A DNA stretch of 64,000 nt. It comes from Patescibacteria group bacterium (lineage in GTDB: Bacteria > Patescibacteriota > Minisyncoccia > Minisyncoccales > UBA10102). Below, piece by piece: positions 9,930 through 18,766 of the stretch. The translations under genes were made by a program, and so were the position numbers. The notes beneath the pieces are model-generated. The model made no database searches and was not told the DNA's origin. It saw only the letters and a list, made by a program, of their open reading frames with translations. The stretch lies in NCBI GenBank assembly GCA_022563395.1, contig JADFNM010000001.1, positions 526,342 through 590,341 of the forward strand, in the 5' to 3' direction. Each line of letters starts with the position of its first letter. The stretch's first letter is position 1.

Positions 9930-10241
9930 ATGGAAGCTGTACTGCTTGCAGGATTTGGCGGAGGAGTGATAAGAGGATTGGTGGGATTCTTAAAACACAA
10001 GTATTCCTACAAAGAGACTTCTTTCTCTTTGCCAAGCTTTCTTTCCACCGTGTTGATTGCAGGAGGTATTGGTGTGGTAACAGCTATTACGGTTAGAGAA
10101 CTGGGATTAACCTTTCTTGGTTCTCCCCTGACTCCTGCCATGGCTCTTATCGTGGGCTATGCCGGAGGTGACTTTTTGCAAAACGTTTGGAAAATCATTA
10201 CCAAAAACCCAGAACTCTATTCCTTTTCAAAGAAGCAATAA
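9930..10241 (+). CDS. Small membrane protein
   Basis: 3 hydrophobic helices, GFGGGVIRG and GYAGGD. Confidence 0.7.
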   Translation: MEAVLLAGFGGGVIRGLVGFLKHKYSYKETSFSLPSFLSTVLIAGGIGVVTAITVRELGLTFLGSPLTPAMALIVGYAGGDFLQNVWKIITKNPELYSFSKKQ

Positions 10242-10260
10242 AATTTACTACATAAATTTT

Positions 10261-10404
10261 CAGTTTCCCCCGTGTAGGAAATTATTCAAAACCGAGGGGT
10301 CAGAGTGAACTACTTCACTCTGACGGGCGATTTCACGAGGCGTCCCTGCCGAGTGTTAAAAATCGCACCGGGTCTGGATAGTAAAGGGGGGTCGGGGGAA
10401 ACTG
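10261..10404 (+). other. Structured element (candidate ncRNA or MITE) with 12-bp terminal inverted repeat
   Basis: CAGTTTCCCCCG...CGGGGGAAACTG closing stem; internal 11-bp hairpin GTCAGAGTGAA/TTCACTCTGAC. Confidence 0.6.
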
Positions 10405-10405
10405 T

Positions 10406-11152
10406 GTGACCATGACTCTTGATTATTTCAAGCACAAGTATGGATACGAGGTGGAGGGCGTATGGATGCCAAGGGTGACCGCCATTACCTCGCTTACGTC
10501 CAGGCCTTTTTTTGTTGGAAGTTATCGTTCAGCCGACTGGGGGAACATGGTGCACTCTGCCATTGAGAAAATCTTAAAAGGAGAACCTCATGATGGTGAA
10601 AAGAAGATTGGGCCTTCCCTTCACGCTTTTGAGAAGTGGAGAAGGGCACACGCAGTACATATTACAAACCCCGCAGCAGACATTGAATGCAGGGTATATG
10701 ACTTTGAGAACGGGTATGCAGGAACCATAGACATGATAGCTGAGGTTAAGGGGAAAAGAGGTATTGTAGATTTGAAAACGGGAAATGGCATAAGAGACGA
10801 GTATTCTTTGCAGACCGCGGCTTATCTTAACGCGTATAACAAAGGGGCCTTAAAAAAGCTGCAGGCTACTACAAGATGGATTCTCAGAATTGATCAGTAC
10901 GAAGAATGCAAAGGATGTTTTGCAAAAAAGAAAGAAAAGGATGGGAAAGAGCGAATTTCCGGAGGAAATGAATGGTGTAATCATCAATGGTCTCTTCCAA
11001 CCGGAGAAGCCGAGTTTCTGGAACTGGAGGGGCAGGAAGAAGACCTTAAAGCATTTCTGGCAGCAAAGGAGGTATGGGAATGGTACCACCGCTCCTTCTT
11101 GAGAAAAGTTGCAAACTATCCAAAAAACAGCGTGCAAAAGGTACTAATATGA
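10406..11152 (+). CDS. PD-(D/E)XK nuclease superfamily protein (phage exonuclease/Cas4-like)
   Basis: G..VH, E, YAGTIDM, IVDLKTG, Q..AY motifs; ATG at 10412 is an alternative start. Confidence 0.85.
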   Translation: MTMTLDYFKHKYGYEVEGVWMPRVTAITSLTSRPFFVGSYRSADWGNMVHSAIEKILKGEPHDGEKKIGPSLHAFEKWRRAHAVHITNPAADIECRVYDFENGYAGTIDMIAEVKGKRGIVDLKTGNGIRDEYSLQTAAYLNAYNKGALKKLQATTRWILRIDQYEECKGCFAKKKEKDGKERISGGNEWCNHQWSLPTGEAEFLELEGQEEDLKAFLAAKEVWEWYHRSFLRKVANYPKNSVQKVLI

Positions 11153-11496
11153 TAACGCAACGGATTCTTGGTTTTTTACTCCTTGCAGCAGGCCTTGCTA
11201 TTATCTTTGGCACCCTCTTTTTGTCCTACCAGATTTTCACGGGAGTGAGCCCCGCGCCAGAACTCTTTTCTCCTACTCAGACAGAACGCGAGGGTTCTTT
11301 GCCCCTTTTGCCCGGATCTCTTCAAGATTTGCAAAGACAACTGCCAGATCTTTTGGGAGAACAGTTGCAGGGGTTGCTGCCAGCTGACGTCATTCCACAA
11401 ATGCTCAACTTCGCTATCTGGTCTATGCTAGCAGGCCTCTTTTTGTTCGGCGGTTCTTTGGTTGCCGGCATTGGAGTAAGGTTGTTGAAGGGATGA
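11149..11496 (+). CDS. Hypothetical membrane protein
   Basis: ATGA overlap with nuclease stop; two hydrophobic helices. Confidence 0.7.
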   Translation: MITQRILGFLLLAAGLAIIFGTLFLSYQIFTGVSPAPELFSPTQTEREGSLPLLPGSLQDLQRQLPDLLGEQLQGLLPADVIPQMLNFAIWSMLAGLFLFGGSLVAGIGVRLLKG

Positions 11497-11519
11497 GATT
11501 AAGAAACAATCCAATAGTT

Positions 11520-11556
11520 CTTAAATGAAATTAAGGAATCCTTAATTTCATTTAGG
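11520..11556. repeat. Family A, intergenic
   Basis: CTTAAATGAAATTAAGG aat CCTTAATTTCATTTAGG. Confidence 0.88.
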
Positions 11557-11570
11557 AGATATGTTGTAGT

Positions 11571-12830
11571 ATGCGAATTGTTGCTGATTTCCACATTCAC
11601 TCTCGTTTTGCGAGAGCCACCTCAAAGAGCATAAACCTGGAGAATCTTGACCTGTGGGCTAAAAAGAAGGGCATTTTAGTCATGGGGACTGGGGACTTTA
11701 CCCACCCCATGTGGATTAAAGAGTTAAAGGCAGAGCTGGAGCCAGCAGAGCAGGGTCTGCAGAAAAGAAAAGGAGGAGGAGAAACAAGGTTTGTCTTTTC
11801 TGCTGAAATCAGCTGCATCTACTCAAAGGGAGGACAGGTAAGAAAGATTCATCTTCTTTTGCTTGTTCCCTCGCTTTCTGCGGTAGAGAAAATCAACACG
11901 CAGCTTTCATGGATAGGGAATCTAAGGAGTGACGGCAGACCCATCTTGGGCATTGATGCAAAGGAAGTGGTAAAGATTGTCTTGGATGCTGACCCCTCTT
12001 CTTTGGTAGTTCCGGCTCACGCTTGGACCCCCTGGTTTTCGATATTTGGGTCAAAATCGGGATTTAACTCGCTTAGAGAATGTTTTGATGAATATACCAA
12101 GTATATCTATGCCATTGAGACCGGGCTTTCCTCAGATCCCGCAATGAATTGGAGGTTGTCTGCGTTGGATACTATCACCCTGCTTAGCAATTCAGATTCA
12201 CATTCCTTAGAAAAGATTGGAAGGGAGGTGAATGTTTTTGATACCGAACTAAGCTATCCTGCAATAAGGGAAGCTATTGTAAAGAAAGACCCAAAGAAAT
12301 TTTTGTTTACTGTTGAGTTTTTTCCCGAGGAAGGAAAATACCATTATGACGGACACCGTCTATGCAATGTTTCCCTGAGTCCAGAAGAGTCAAAAAAACA
12401 AGGAAACCAATGCCATGTATGCAAGAGGCCTTTAACCATTGGGGTATTGAACCGAGTGGCGGAGCTTGCTGATAGGCCCGCCTTCAATAAATCTTCGGCG
12501 GATAAACCAGAAGGTGCAATACCGTACAAATCCCTCATTCCTCTACAAGAAATTATTGCAGATGCACTGCACCAAGGGGTTGGCACCAAGCAAGGAAAGA
12601 CAGAGTATGAAAAGCTTATCTTGAGATTTCAAACCGAGTTTGCAGTGCTTTTAGATGCAAAGGCAGGGGAATTAAAAGAAGCAACGCTTCCTGAAATTGC
12701 AGAGGGCATTGTATGGGCGAGGGAAGGAAAGGTGCAAATTGAACCTGGGTATGACGGGGAGTTTGGCAAGATTAAGATTTTTAAAGATGACGAGCAAAAG
12801 GACAGTGCCATCCAAAAAAGTTTGTTTTGA
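11571..12830 (+). CDS. Endonuclease Q family PHP-domain protein
   Basis: ADFHIHSRF, GTGDFTHP, PAHAWTPW, ETGLSSD, NSDSHS, GKYH, PGYDG. Confidence 0.9.
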   Translation: MRIVADFHIHSRFARATSKSINLENLDLWAKKKGILVMGTGDFTHPMWIKELKAELEPAEQGLQKRKGGGETRFVFSAEISCIYSKGGQVRKIHLLLLVPSLSAVEKINTQLSWIGNLRSDGRPILGIDAKEVVKIVLDADPSSLVVPAHAWTPWFSIFGSKSGFNSLRECFDEYTKYIYAIETGLSSDPAMNWRLSALDTITLLSNSDSHSLEKIGREVNVFDTELSYPAIREAIVKKDPKKFLFTVEFFPEEGKYHYDGHRLCNVSLSPEESKKQGNQCHVCKRPLTIGVLNRVAELADRPAFNKSSADKPEGAIPYKSLIPLQEIIADALHQGVGTKQGKTEYEKLILRFQTEFAVLLDAKAGELKEATLPEIAEGIVWAREGKVQIEPGYDGEFGKIKIFKDDEQKDSAIQKSLF

Positions 12831-12902
12831 GATTCTGTTGACAACGTTTTGCTTGCATAATATGATAAATGCGCCTTTTTAGTTTAAAAAAATAAACTCA
12901 TT

Positions 12903-14171
12903 ATGATAACGGTAGCGGATTTAAAGGGTAAAACAGTAGCAGCTGCGGTCTCCGGAGGGCTAGACTCCTGTACTTTAACCCGTTGGCTGACAGATAACAG
13001 TGTTACGGTTATCTGTTTTGTAGTTGATCTCGCGCAACCAGATGAGGTGAACTTTGATAACGCGAAAAAGAGACTGTTAATAGCGGGTGCCAAAGAAGTT
13101 GTAGTTGTAGATGGGAAAAATGATTTAGCGCACATTGGGATTTTGGGAGTACAAATGCAAGCAAAATATGAGGGGGGGTATTGGAATACCACAGGTTTAG
13201 CTCGCTATGTAATCACAGAACTGGTACTTCGGGAAATGAAAAAAAGAAGAATAACTATTCTTACCCATGGTGCAACTGGAAGAGGAAATGATCAAGTGAG
13301 ATTTCAACTTATCGCCAATATGCTTGACCCGAACATCGATGTTTATGCGCCCTGGAGAGACGATGCTTTTCTCGATGCCTTTGGGGGAAGAAAAGAAATG
13401 ATTGCCTTTTGTAAAAAGCGAAATATCCCAATTACAGCAACCATACACAAGTCCTATAGTACAGACGCCAATATGCTTGGCCTGACTCATGAGGCAGGAA
13501 AGTTAGAATCACTAGCTACCCCCGCTGACTTTGTTGTTCCCGAAATGGGAGTTCTTCCCCAAAATGCTCCAGACAGAGAGGAGAAGTTTTACGTGACATT
13601 TAAGAAAGGATTTCCGGTCAAAGTGAATGGCAAAAAAACAACGCTCCTTGAAGCATTTCTCCTGGCGAATAAAGTTGGGGGAAGAAATGGAGTAGGTATA
13701 GGAATTCATGTTGTAGAAAATAGGTTTGTGGGTATAAAATCGCGAGGGGTTTATGAAATGCCAGGCATGGAGCTCTTGGGGAATTGTTATGAATTTCTTC
13801 TGCAGCTTGTTTTAGAACGCCGTTCTCGAAAACTCTTTCAATCTCTTTCGGGATTCCTTTCTGAACAAATTTACCAAGGTTACTTTTACGACCCCGCATC
13901 TCAAGCTGCAATGTCTGCGGTCAAGTACATTTCCTCTCTTATCAGCGGCACTGTATACGTAAAGCTTTATAAGGGGAATGTTTTCTACCAAAAAATCGAA
14001 GATGCAAGGCACTCTCTTTACTCAGAAGAAACAGCCTCTATGGAAAAGATTGGGACCTTTAACCATGCTGATTCTGAAGGACTTTTGAATATACTCGGTA
14101 TTACTGCAAAGGCTCAGAGCGTGGCAAAACAGATTAATCTTACGCCCACAAAGGCAAAGCCCGGAGCTTAG
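12903..14171 (+). CDS. argG: Argininosuccinate synthase
   Basis: SGGLDS, HGATGRGNDQVRF, YSTDANML, VENRFVGIKSRGVYE. Confidence 0.95.
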   Translation: MITVADLKGKTVAAAVSGGLDSCTLTRWLTDNSVTVICFVVDLAQPDEVNFDNAKKRLLIAGAKEVVVVDGKNDLAHIGILGVQMQAKYEGGYWNTTGLARYVITELVLREMKKRRITILTHGATGRGNDQVRFQLIANMLDPNIDVYAPWRDDAFLDAFGGRKEMIAFCKKRNIPITATIHKSYSTDANMLGLTHEAGKLESLATPADFVVPEMGVLPQNAPDREEKFYVTFKKGFPVKVNGKKTTLLEAFLLANKVGGRNGVGIGIHVVENRFVGIKSRGVYEMPGMELLGNCYEFLLQLVLERRSRKLFQSLSGFLSEQIYQGYFYDPASQAAMSAVKYISSLISGTVYVKLYKGNVFYQKIEDARHSLYSEETASMEKIGTFNHADSEGLLNILGITAKAQSVAKQINLTPTKAKPGA

Positions 14172-14172
14172 A

Positions 14173-15672
14173 TTAGATTTGGTTTAGATAGTTAGTAACT
14201 ACTTGTTCGTCACTCCATTTAAATTGTTTATCTCTAATCTCAAGAAACTTTTCGTCACCCTTTCCCGTAATAACCACAAAATCTCCTTCTCTCGCATACT
14301 CTAAACCCTTTTGTATTGCTTTTTTTCTATCAATTTCTACCATGAAATTGTTCTTTTTTATTCCCCTCACTATCTCTTGAACGATCCTTCTTGGATTTTC
14401 ATTGCGGGGATCTTCAGATGTAATGATTGAAAAATCTGCTAATCTGGTAGCGACCCCTCCCATCTCTGCTCTTTTTTTAGGATCTCTATCGCCGGCACAA
14501 CCAAAAATTACTATCAAGCGCTTGGGAGAGTTCTTTTTCAGTGTTTTGAGACAAACCTCAAGGGATTCGGGCGTGTGGGCATAGTCTATTAGTACTCTGA
14601 ACCCCCTATTATTTTTGACTTCTTGTGCCCTACCTGGTACCCCAGAAAATCTCGCCAAGGAATTCTTGATTTTTTTGTAGGAGATTCCAAAATGAGAAGC
14701 AACGGCGATAGCAGCACATACGTTATAAACGTTATGCAGCCCAATCAAAGACGATTCGAATGTTTGGTTGCCTACTTTGAACACTGTTCTGTTGTTTTCT
14801 ATCTTAATCGATCTGGCGTTAATATCTGCGTGATTACGAACTCCGTAAGTTATTATTTTTGAGGTCACTCTCTTTTTTAGAAACTGGCAACTTTGCATGT
14901 CATTATTTATCACGGCACACTTTTCAAGGTTTTTGTTTTGGGACGTAGATAACAAATCAAAAAGTTTTGCCTTCGCGAGATAATAGTCCCTTTTGCTTTT
15001 ATGGAAGTCAAGATGTTCGCTTTGCAAGTTGGTTATGACGGCAACGTCATACTGGCACTCTTCAGCTGCTCTGCATAGTTTTAAGGCGTGCGAAGTAGCC
15101 TCGATTATGGCAACCTTTGTACCCAGCTCCACCATTCGTTTGAGGCTTTTTTGGAGCTCTGGTGCTTCGGGGCAGGTTAGGTGCGTTTCATTGACTTTGT
15201 CTGTGTAGTTTGAGATTGAATGTGCCCCTATTTTAAAATCAGCAGTTGAAAAAAACCCTGTCTTTATTCCTGCGTCTTCTAGCAGGTGACTTATTAAATA
15301 CACTGTTGTAGTTTTGCCTTTTGTTCCGGTTACACCTATCGTAAAGAGCTTTTTTGCTGGGTAAGAATAAAAGAAAGCAGAGAGTCTTTCTAAAACTTTT
15401 CTAGGGTTTGAGTTAATAATCTGACAAACATCTTCATTGATGTTCTGTCTCTTTTTGAGAATTAAAGCTTTTGCCCCATTTCTTATAGCTTTCCTAATGA
15501 ATACATGACCATCTCTTTCTTTCCCCTGATGGTTAAAAACGTCGATTGCGGCGTAAATATTATTGGGTCTTACTTTACGGTAATCATAACTCACCCCACT
15601 AACCCTGAAGTCTTTGTAGTTTAAAATTAAAGAGTCTTCTCTTAGAACAGATGACATGACGCTAAATCTCAT
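14173..15672 (-). CDS. murE: Second, full-length MurE-family ligase
   Basis: DGH, GVTGTKGKTTT, EATSH, EHLDFH, PGR, DYAHTP, FGCAGDRD..KR, EDPR, GKG. Confidence 0.88.
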   Translation of the reverse strand: MRFSVMSSVLREDSLILNYKDFRVSGVSYDYRKVRPNNIYAAIDVFNHQGKERDGHVFIRKAIRNGAKALILKKRQNINEDVCQIINSNPRKVLERLSAFFYSYPAKKLFTIGVTGTKGKTTTVYLISHLLEDAGIKTGFFSTADFKIGAHSISNYTDKVNETHLTCPEAPELQKSLKRMVELGTKVAIIEATSHALKLCRAAEECQYDVAVITNLQSEHLDFHKSKRDYYLAKAKLFDLLSTSQNKNLEKCAVINNDMQSCQFLKKRVTSKIITYGVRNHADINARSIKIENNRTVFKVGNQTFESSLIGLHNVYNVCAAIAVASHFGISYKKIKNSLARFSGVPGRAQEVKNNRGFRVLIDYAHTPESLEVCLKTLKKNSPKRLIVIFGCAGDRDPKKRAEMGGVATRLADFSIITSEDPRNENPRRIVQEIVRGIKKNNFMVEIDRKKAIQKGLEYAREGDFVVITGKGDEKFLEIRDKQFKWSDEQVVTNYLNQI

Positions 15673-15673
15673 T

Positions 15674-16636
15674 CTAGAACGCAGGAATAAAAGCTCTTTT
15701 AAGGGACGATGACCTCCGAATTGCTTTTGAGAGCCCGAGATTAGCTATAAGACGCACAAAGGGAAGGACTTGTTTGCTATACCTTTTTGAGCATTTTAAT
15801 GGCGCAAGTCCTGGAAGGCTATATATGCACATGTGGTAAATTTCTCTTCCGTTAATACCCACAGAGTAATAAGGCTTATCGAGGGTGGTTGGCCTGCAGG
15901 TTTCAATACAGCTTATAGGGTCCGCAGAGAGGTCTAAGACCAAAGATTCTTTGTTTAAAAGCACGAGTTGCTCTTTTGTTATCAAGTATTTCCCAACTTC
16001 CTCTGCTTTTCTAAGAGTAGCGTTGACGACCACCTCTGCGTTTTTTAGGTGCTTGCCCATATTTTTCTTAGACGTTTGTTTTTCTCCAAGAACCGTTACT
16101 GAGGCCCCAAACTTACAAGCCGTTTGTATCGCTGGAATTGCCAAGTTGCCATACCCCATGATTACAATATTTTCAGGAGTTTTTTTATAGATTTTTTCAA
16201 AGAGTTTAAAGCCTGTTTTTATGCCTTCTGAACCAGAAATTTCAAAGGCTTCTACGAGCCTTTTCCCATCACTATTCTTAATCTCGTTTAATTCAATGAC
16301 GTTTATCCTTCTTTTTTTGAATTCTGCAACCATTTCTGGATGAGTGTCTCTATGAACCATGCAGATAAGGACACTATTTTTTTTCATGAGGTCTAATTCA
16401 TCAAGGGTAGGGATTCTTATTCTTAAAACAATATCTGAGGAATACACCTCTTTTTTTGAAGATATTATGGCCCCGGCCCTTTTATATTCTTCGTTTGTAA
16501 ACTTAAGTTTCCTGCCAGCATCTTTCTCTACTCTCACGGTATGGCCGTCTTTTACAAGACGTTGAACAAATTGGGGGAGTAAGAGTACTCTTTTTTCTGT
16601 TTTTTCTCTATTTTCTTTTGAAACACCAATAAGCAT
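15674..16636 (-). CDS. Alanine dehydrogenase/PNT-family NAD(P)-dependent oxidoreductase
   Basis: IGVSKE..EKRV, VEKDAG, GYGN Rossmann loop, IETCRPTT, SLPG. Confidence 0.8.
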   Translation of the reverse strand: MLIGVSKENREKTEKRVLLLPQFVQRLVKDGHTVRVEKDAGRKLKFTNEEYKRAGAIISSKKEVYSSDIVLRIRIPTLDELDLMKKNSVLICMVHRDTHPEMVAEFKKRRINVIELNEIKNSDGKRLVEAFEISGSEGIKTGFKLFEKIYKKTPENIVIMGYGNLAIPAIQTACKFGASVTVLGEKQTSKKNMGKHLKNAEVVVNATLRKAEEVGKYLITKEQLVLLNKESLVLDLSADPISCIETCRPTTLDKPYYSVGINGREIYHMCIYSLPGLAPLKCSKRYSKQVLPFVRLIANLGLSKAIRRSSSLKRAFIPAF

Positions 16637-16669
16637 ATTAGTAACTCTAGTAAGGCCCCTATATCTCGT

Positions 16670-16746
16670 ACTGTAAAGGCATGAATACTTTTGTCAATGC
16701 TGTACTTTAAGGCAAATTGACATTGCCCCCCTTTGCACATTAGAAT
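16670..16746. promoter_or_regulatory. Divergent sigma70 promoters
   Basis: + TTGACA 16717..TAGAAT 16741; - TTGACA 16697..TACAGT 16675. Confidence 0.6.
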
Positions 16747-16764
16747 GAAACGGTAGGAAGAATC

Positions 16765-17919
16765 ATGGCAAAGAAAAACAAGCTAAACTTTGGCTTTCCA
16801 TTTGGTGCGCTCCAAGATGAGATAATAGAGCTTTTTGAGGCCGCAGGGTACAAGGTAAAAGTTGATCAGACGCTCCAGAAGATTGAAATCAGCGACCCCG
16901 ACATCACATGCCTTTCTGCCCGTCCCATTGCCATATCCTCCATGGTTGAGAGGGGAATTTTGGATGTGGGCATTTCTACGGAAGCATCGGTCATAGAGGC
17001 AAAGACAAAAAGGGTGAAAGAAGTATGTGATCTTGAGTATGAAAAATCCCTTTGGGGAAAGACCAATGTGGTGTTGGCGGTCCCCAAGGATTCCAAGATT
17101 GCAAGCGTGAAAGGCCTTCGGGGCAAGAAAATCATCACCAGGATTCCCGAAATCACCAAAGAGTTTTTGCGAAAAAACAAGATTCAGGCTGAAATTCTGT
17201 ATTCTGACTCCCTGGTGAACGAATCTAAGGTTGGGGTGACTGCAGATGCCATTGTGGAGTTTTCCAGAAGGGGGGATGTGCTGGCAGCCTACAGCTTAAA
17301 AGTCCTCAAAACCCTGTTTGAGAGCTCGGTGATTTTGATTGCAAACCCAAAGGCGCTGCAGGATGCCACAAAGAAAAAGAAGATTCAAGAACTCGCAACC
17401 CGTCTCAGGAGAGCCCGTTCTCAGCAGGAGCAGATGGTGAGTCCCTACACTCCATCTGGGAGTACAACTCATCTTGATGATATTGACCTCAAGATTCTCC
17501 AGGAGCTTTTTGAAGATGGGAGAAAGTCCTTTGTGGAAATCGCCAAAGATACAAAACTGAGTTCGGTTGGTGTTAAAAAAAGAATAGAGAAACTGCTGCG
17601 AGAAGATATTGTACAGGTTCGGGGGTTCATGAACATTGAGAAGATGTATGCCATGAGTGCTGTAATCGGGGTGGAGGCAGACAGCAAGACTTTAGCAGAG
17701 CTTGTAGAGCGGTTCCAACGCTCTCACTTTGTATATATGCTTGTGAAAACTTCGGGGAGATACAACCTTGCTGTGGGAGTGCTTGCCTCAGACCTCGGGA
17801 GTCTTGAGAGTTTCATCACGAAAGAGATCCGGGAGAAGAAAGGAGTAAAACAAGTAGAGGTGAGTGTTGGAGAACTGCCCCTTATCCCCAAGTGGGTTTC
17901 CCCACCTTTTTATAAATAG
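16765..17919 (+). CDS. HisG-like (ATP phosphoribosyltransferase) domain fused to Lrp/AsnC transcription regulator
   Basis: N-term VERGILDVGI, ADAIVE, ILIAN; C-term LDDIDLKILQELFEDGRKSFVEIA HTH and RAM domain (SGRYNL). Confidence 0.8.
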   Translation: MAKKNKLNFGFPFGALQDEIIELFEAAGYKVKVDQTLQKIEISDPDITCLSARPIAISSMVERGILDVGISTEASVIEAKTKRVKEVCDLEYEKSLWGKTNVVLAVPKDSKIASVKGLRGKKIITRIPEITKEFLRKNKIQAEILYSDSLVNESKVGVTADAIVEFSRRGDVLAAYSLKVLKTLFESSVILIANPKALQDATKKKKIQELATRLRRARSQQEQMVSPYTPSGSTTHLDDIDLKILQELFEDGRKSFVEIAKDTKLSSVGVKKRIEKLLREDIVQVRGFMNIEKMYAMSAVIGVEADSKTLAELVERFQRSHFVYMLVKTSGRYNLAVGVLASDLGSLESFITKEIREKKGVKQVEVSVGELPLIPKWVSPPFYK

Positions 17920-18283
17920 TAAGGCAGGGCTTGACAAGGATCCTTGCCACGAATATAATATACTCTGGTAGCAAAGTCAGATATTGAACAGTATTTACAG
18001 GATTGGTTAATATTTTAAACTCTTTTAGAAGATTTGGTTCAGAAAGTAAACCGCTAGCCATTGACAAGGTTGTTTGATAAACATACAATAAACTCCCCAG
18101 GACTGGGAGAACTATAGAGAAAAAATATGAAATTTAAATATCAATTATTCGGAACCTTTGTAGGATTGATTTACGCCAAGAAGATTATTGGCCGGATTTA
18201 TTGACCCATTCAGCAGTTCAGTGGAGGAATGTCAATAAATCTGGTCCCCGCAAAGGACTAGTTTTCATCACAACAACATTACC

Positions 18284-18757
18284 ATGACAGAAACCAAATA
18301 CTACGTTACAAAGCAAGGGCTCCAGAAGATTGAGAAGGACTATCAGAATCTTTTGGAATTCAAGAAGAAAAAGACCACGGGAGAGGGGGTGCCGAGCATT
18401 TGGCATTCAGAGGAAGTAAATCCAGATTATCTTGCCTTCCAAGAAGACATGAGTCTTTTGGAGACAAAGCTGACAGAGCTTGAGGTTATCTTAAAGAATA
18501 TTGAAATCATTACAGTCCCCAAAGGGGAAGAACGTAACCTTGTTGGCCTGGGAGCTACCATTACCGTTGACCTAGGAGGAGAAATTGATGAGTTCACCAT
18601 TGTGGGGACTCTTGAAGCTGACCCTCTGCAAAAGAAAATCTCCAACGAGTCTCCTCTTGGAGGTGGGTTATTGGGAGCAGAAGTAGGAGACGTAGTGAAG
18701 GTGAAAACTACTCTGGTAAACCACGACTGCAAGATACTGAAGATTGTCTACCGTTGA
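18284..18757 (+). CDS. greA: GreA/GreB family transcription elongation factor
   Basis: YVTKQG, VGLGATI, FTIVGTLEADP, ISNESPLG; acidic tip divergent. Confidence 0.85.
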   Translation: MTETKYYVTKQGLQKIEKDYQNLLEFKKKKTTGEGVPSIWHSEEVNPDYLAFQEDMSLLETKLTELEVILKNIEIITVPKGEERNLVGLGATITVDLGGEIDEFTIVGTLEADPLQKKISNESPLGGGLLGAEVGDVVKVKTTLVNHDCKILKIVYR

Positions 18758-18766
18758 TAGATAGAA

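Noticed and set aside
10406..11152. Prophage or CRISPR cas4 locus
   Set aside because: No neighbouring phage or cas genes and no Cas4 Fe-S cysteine pattern.
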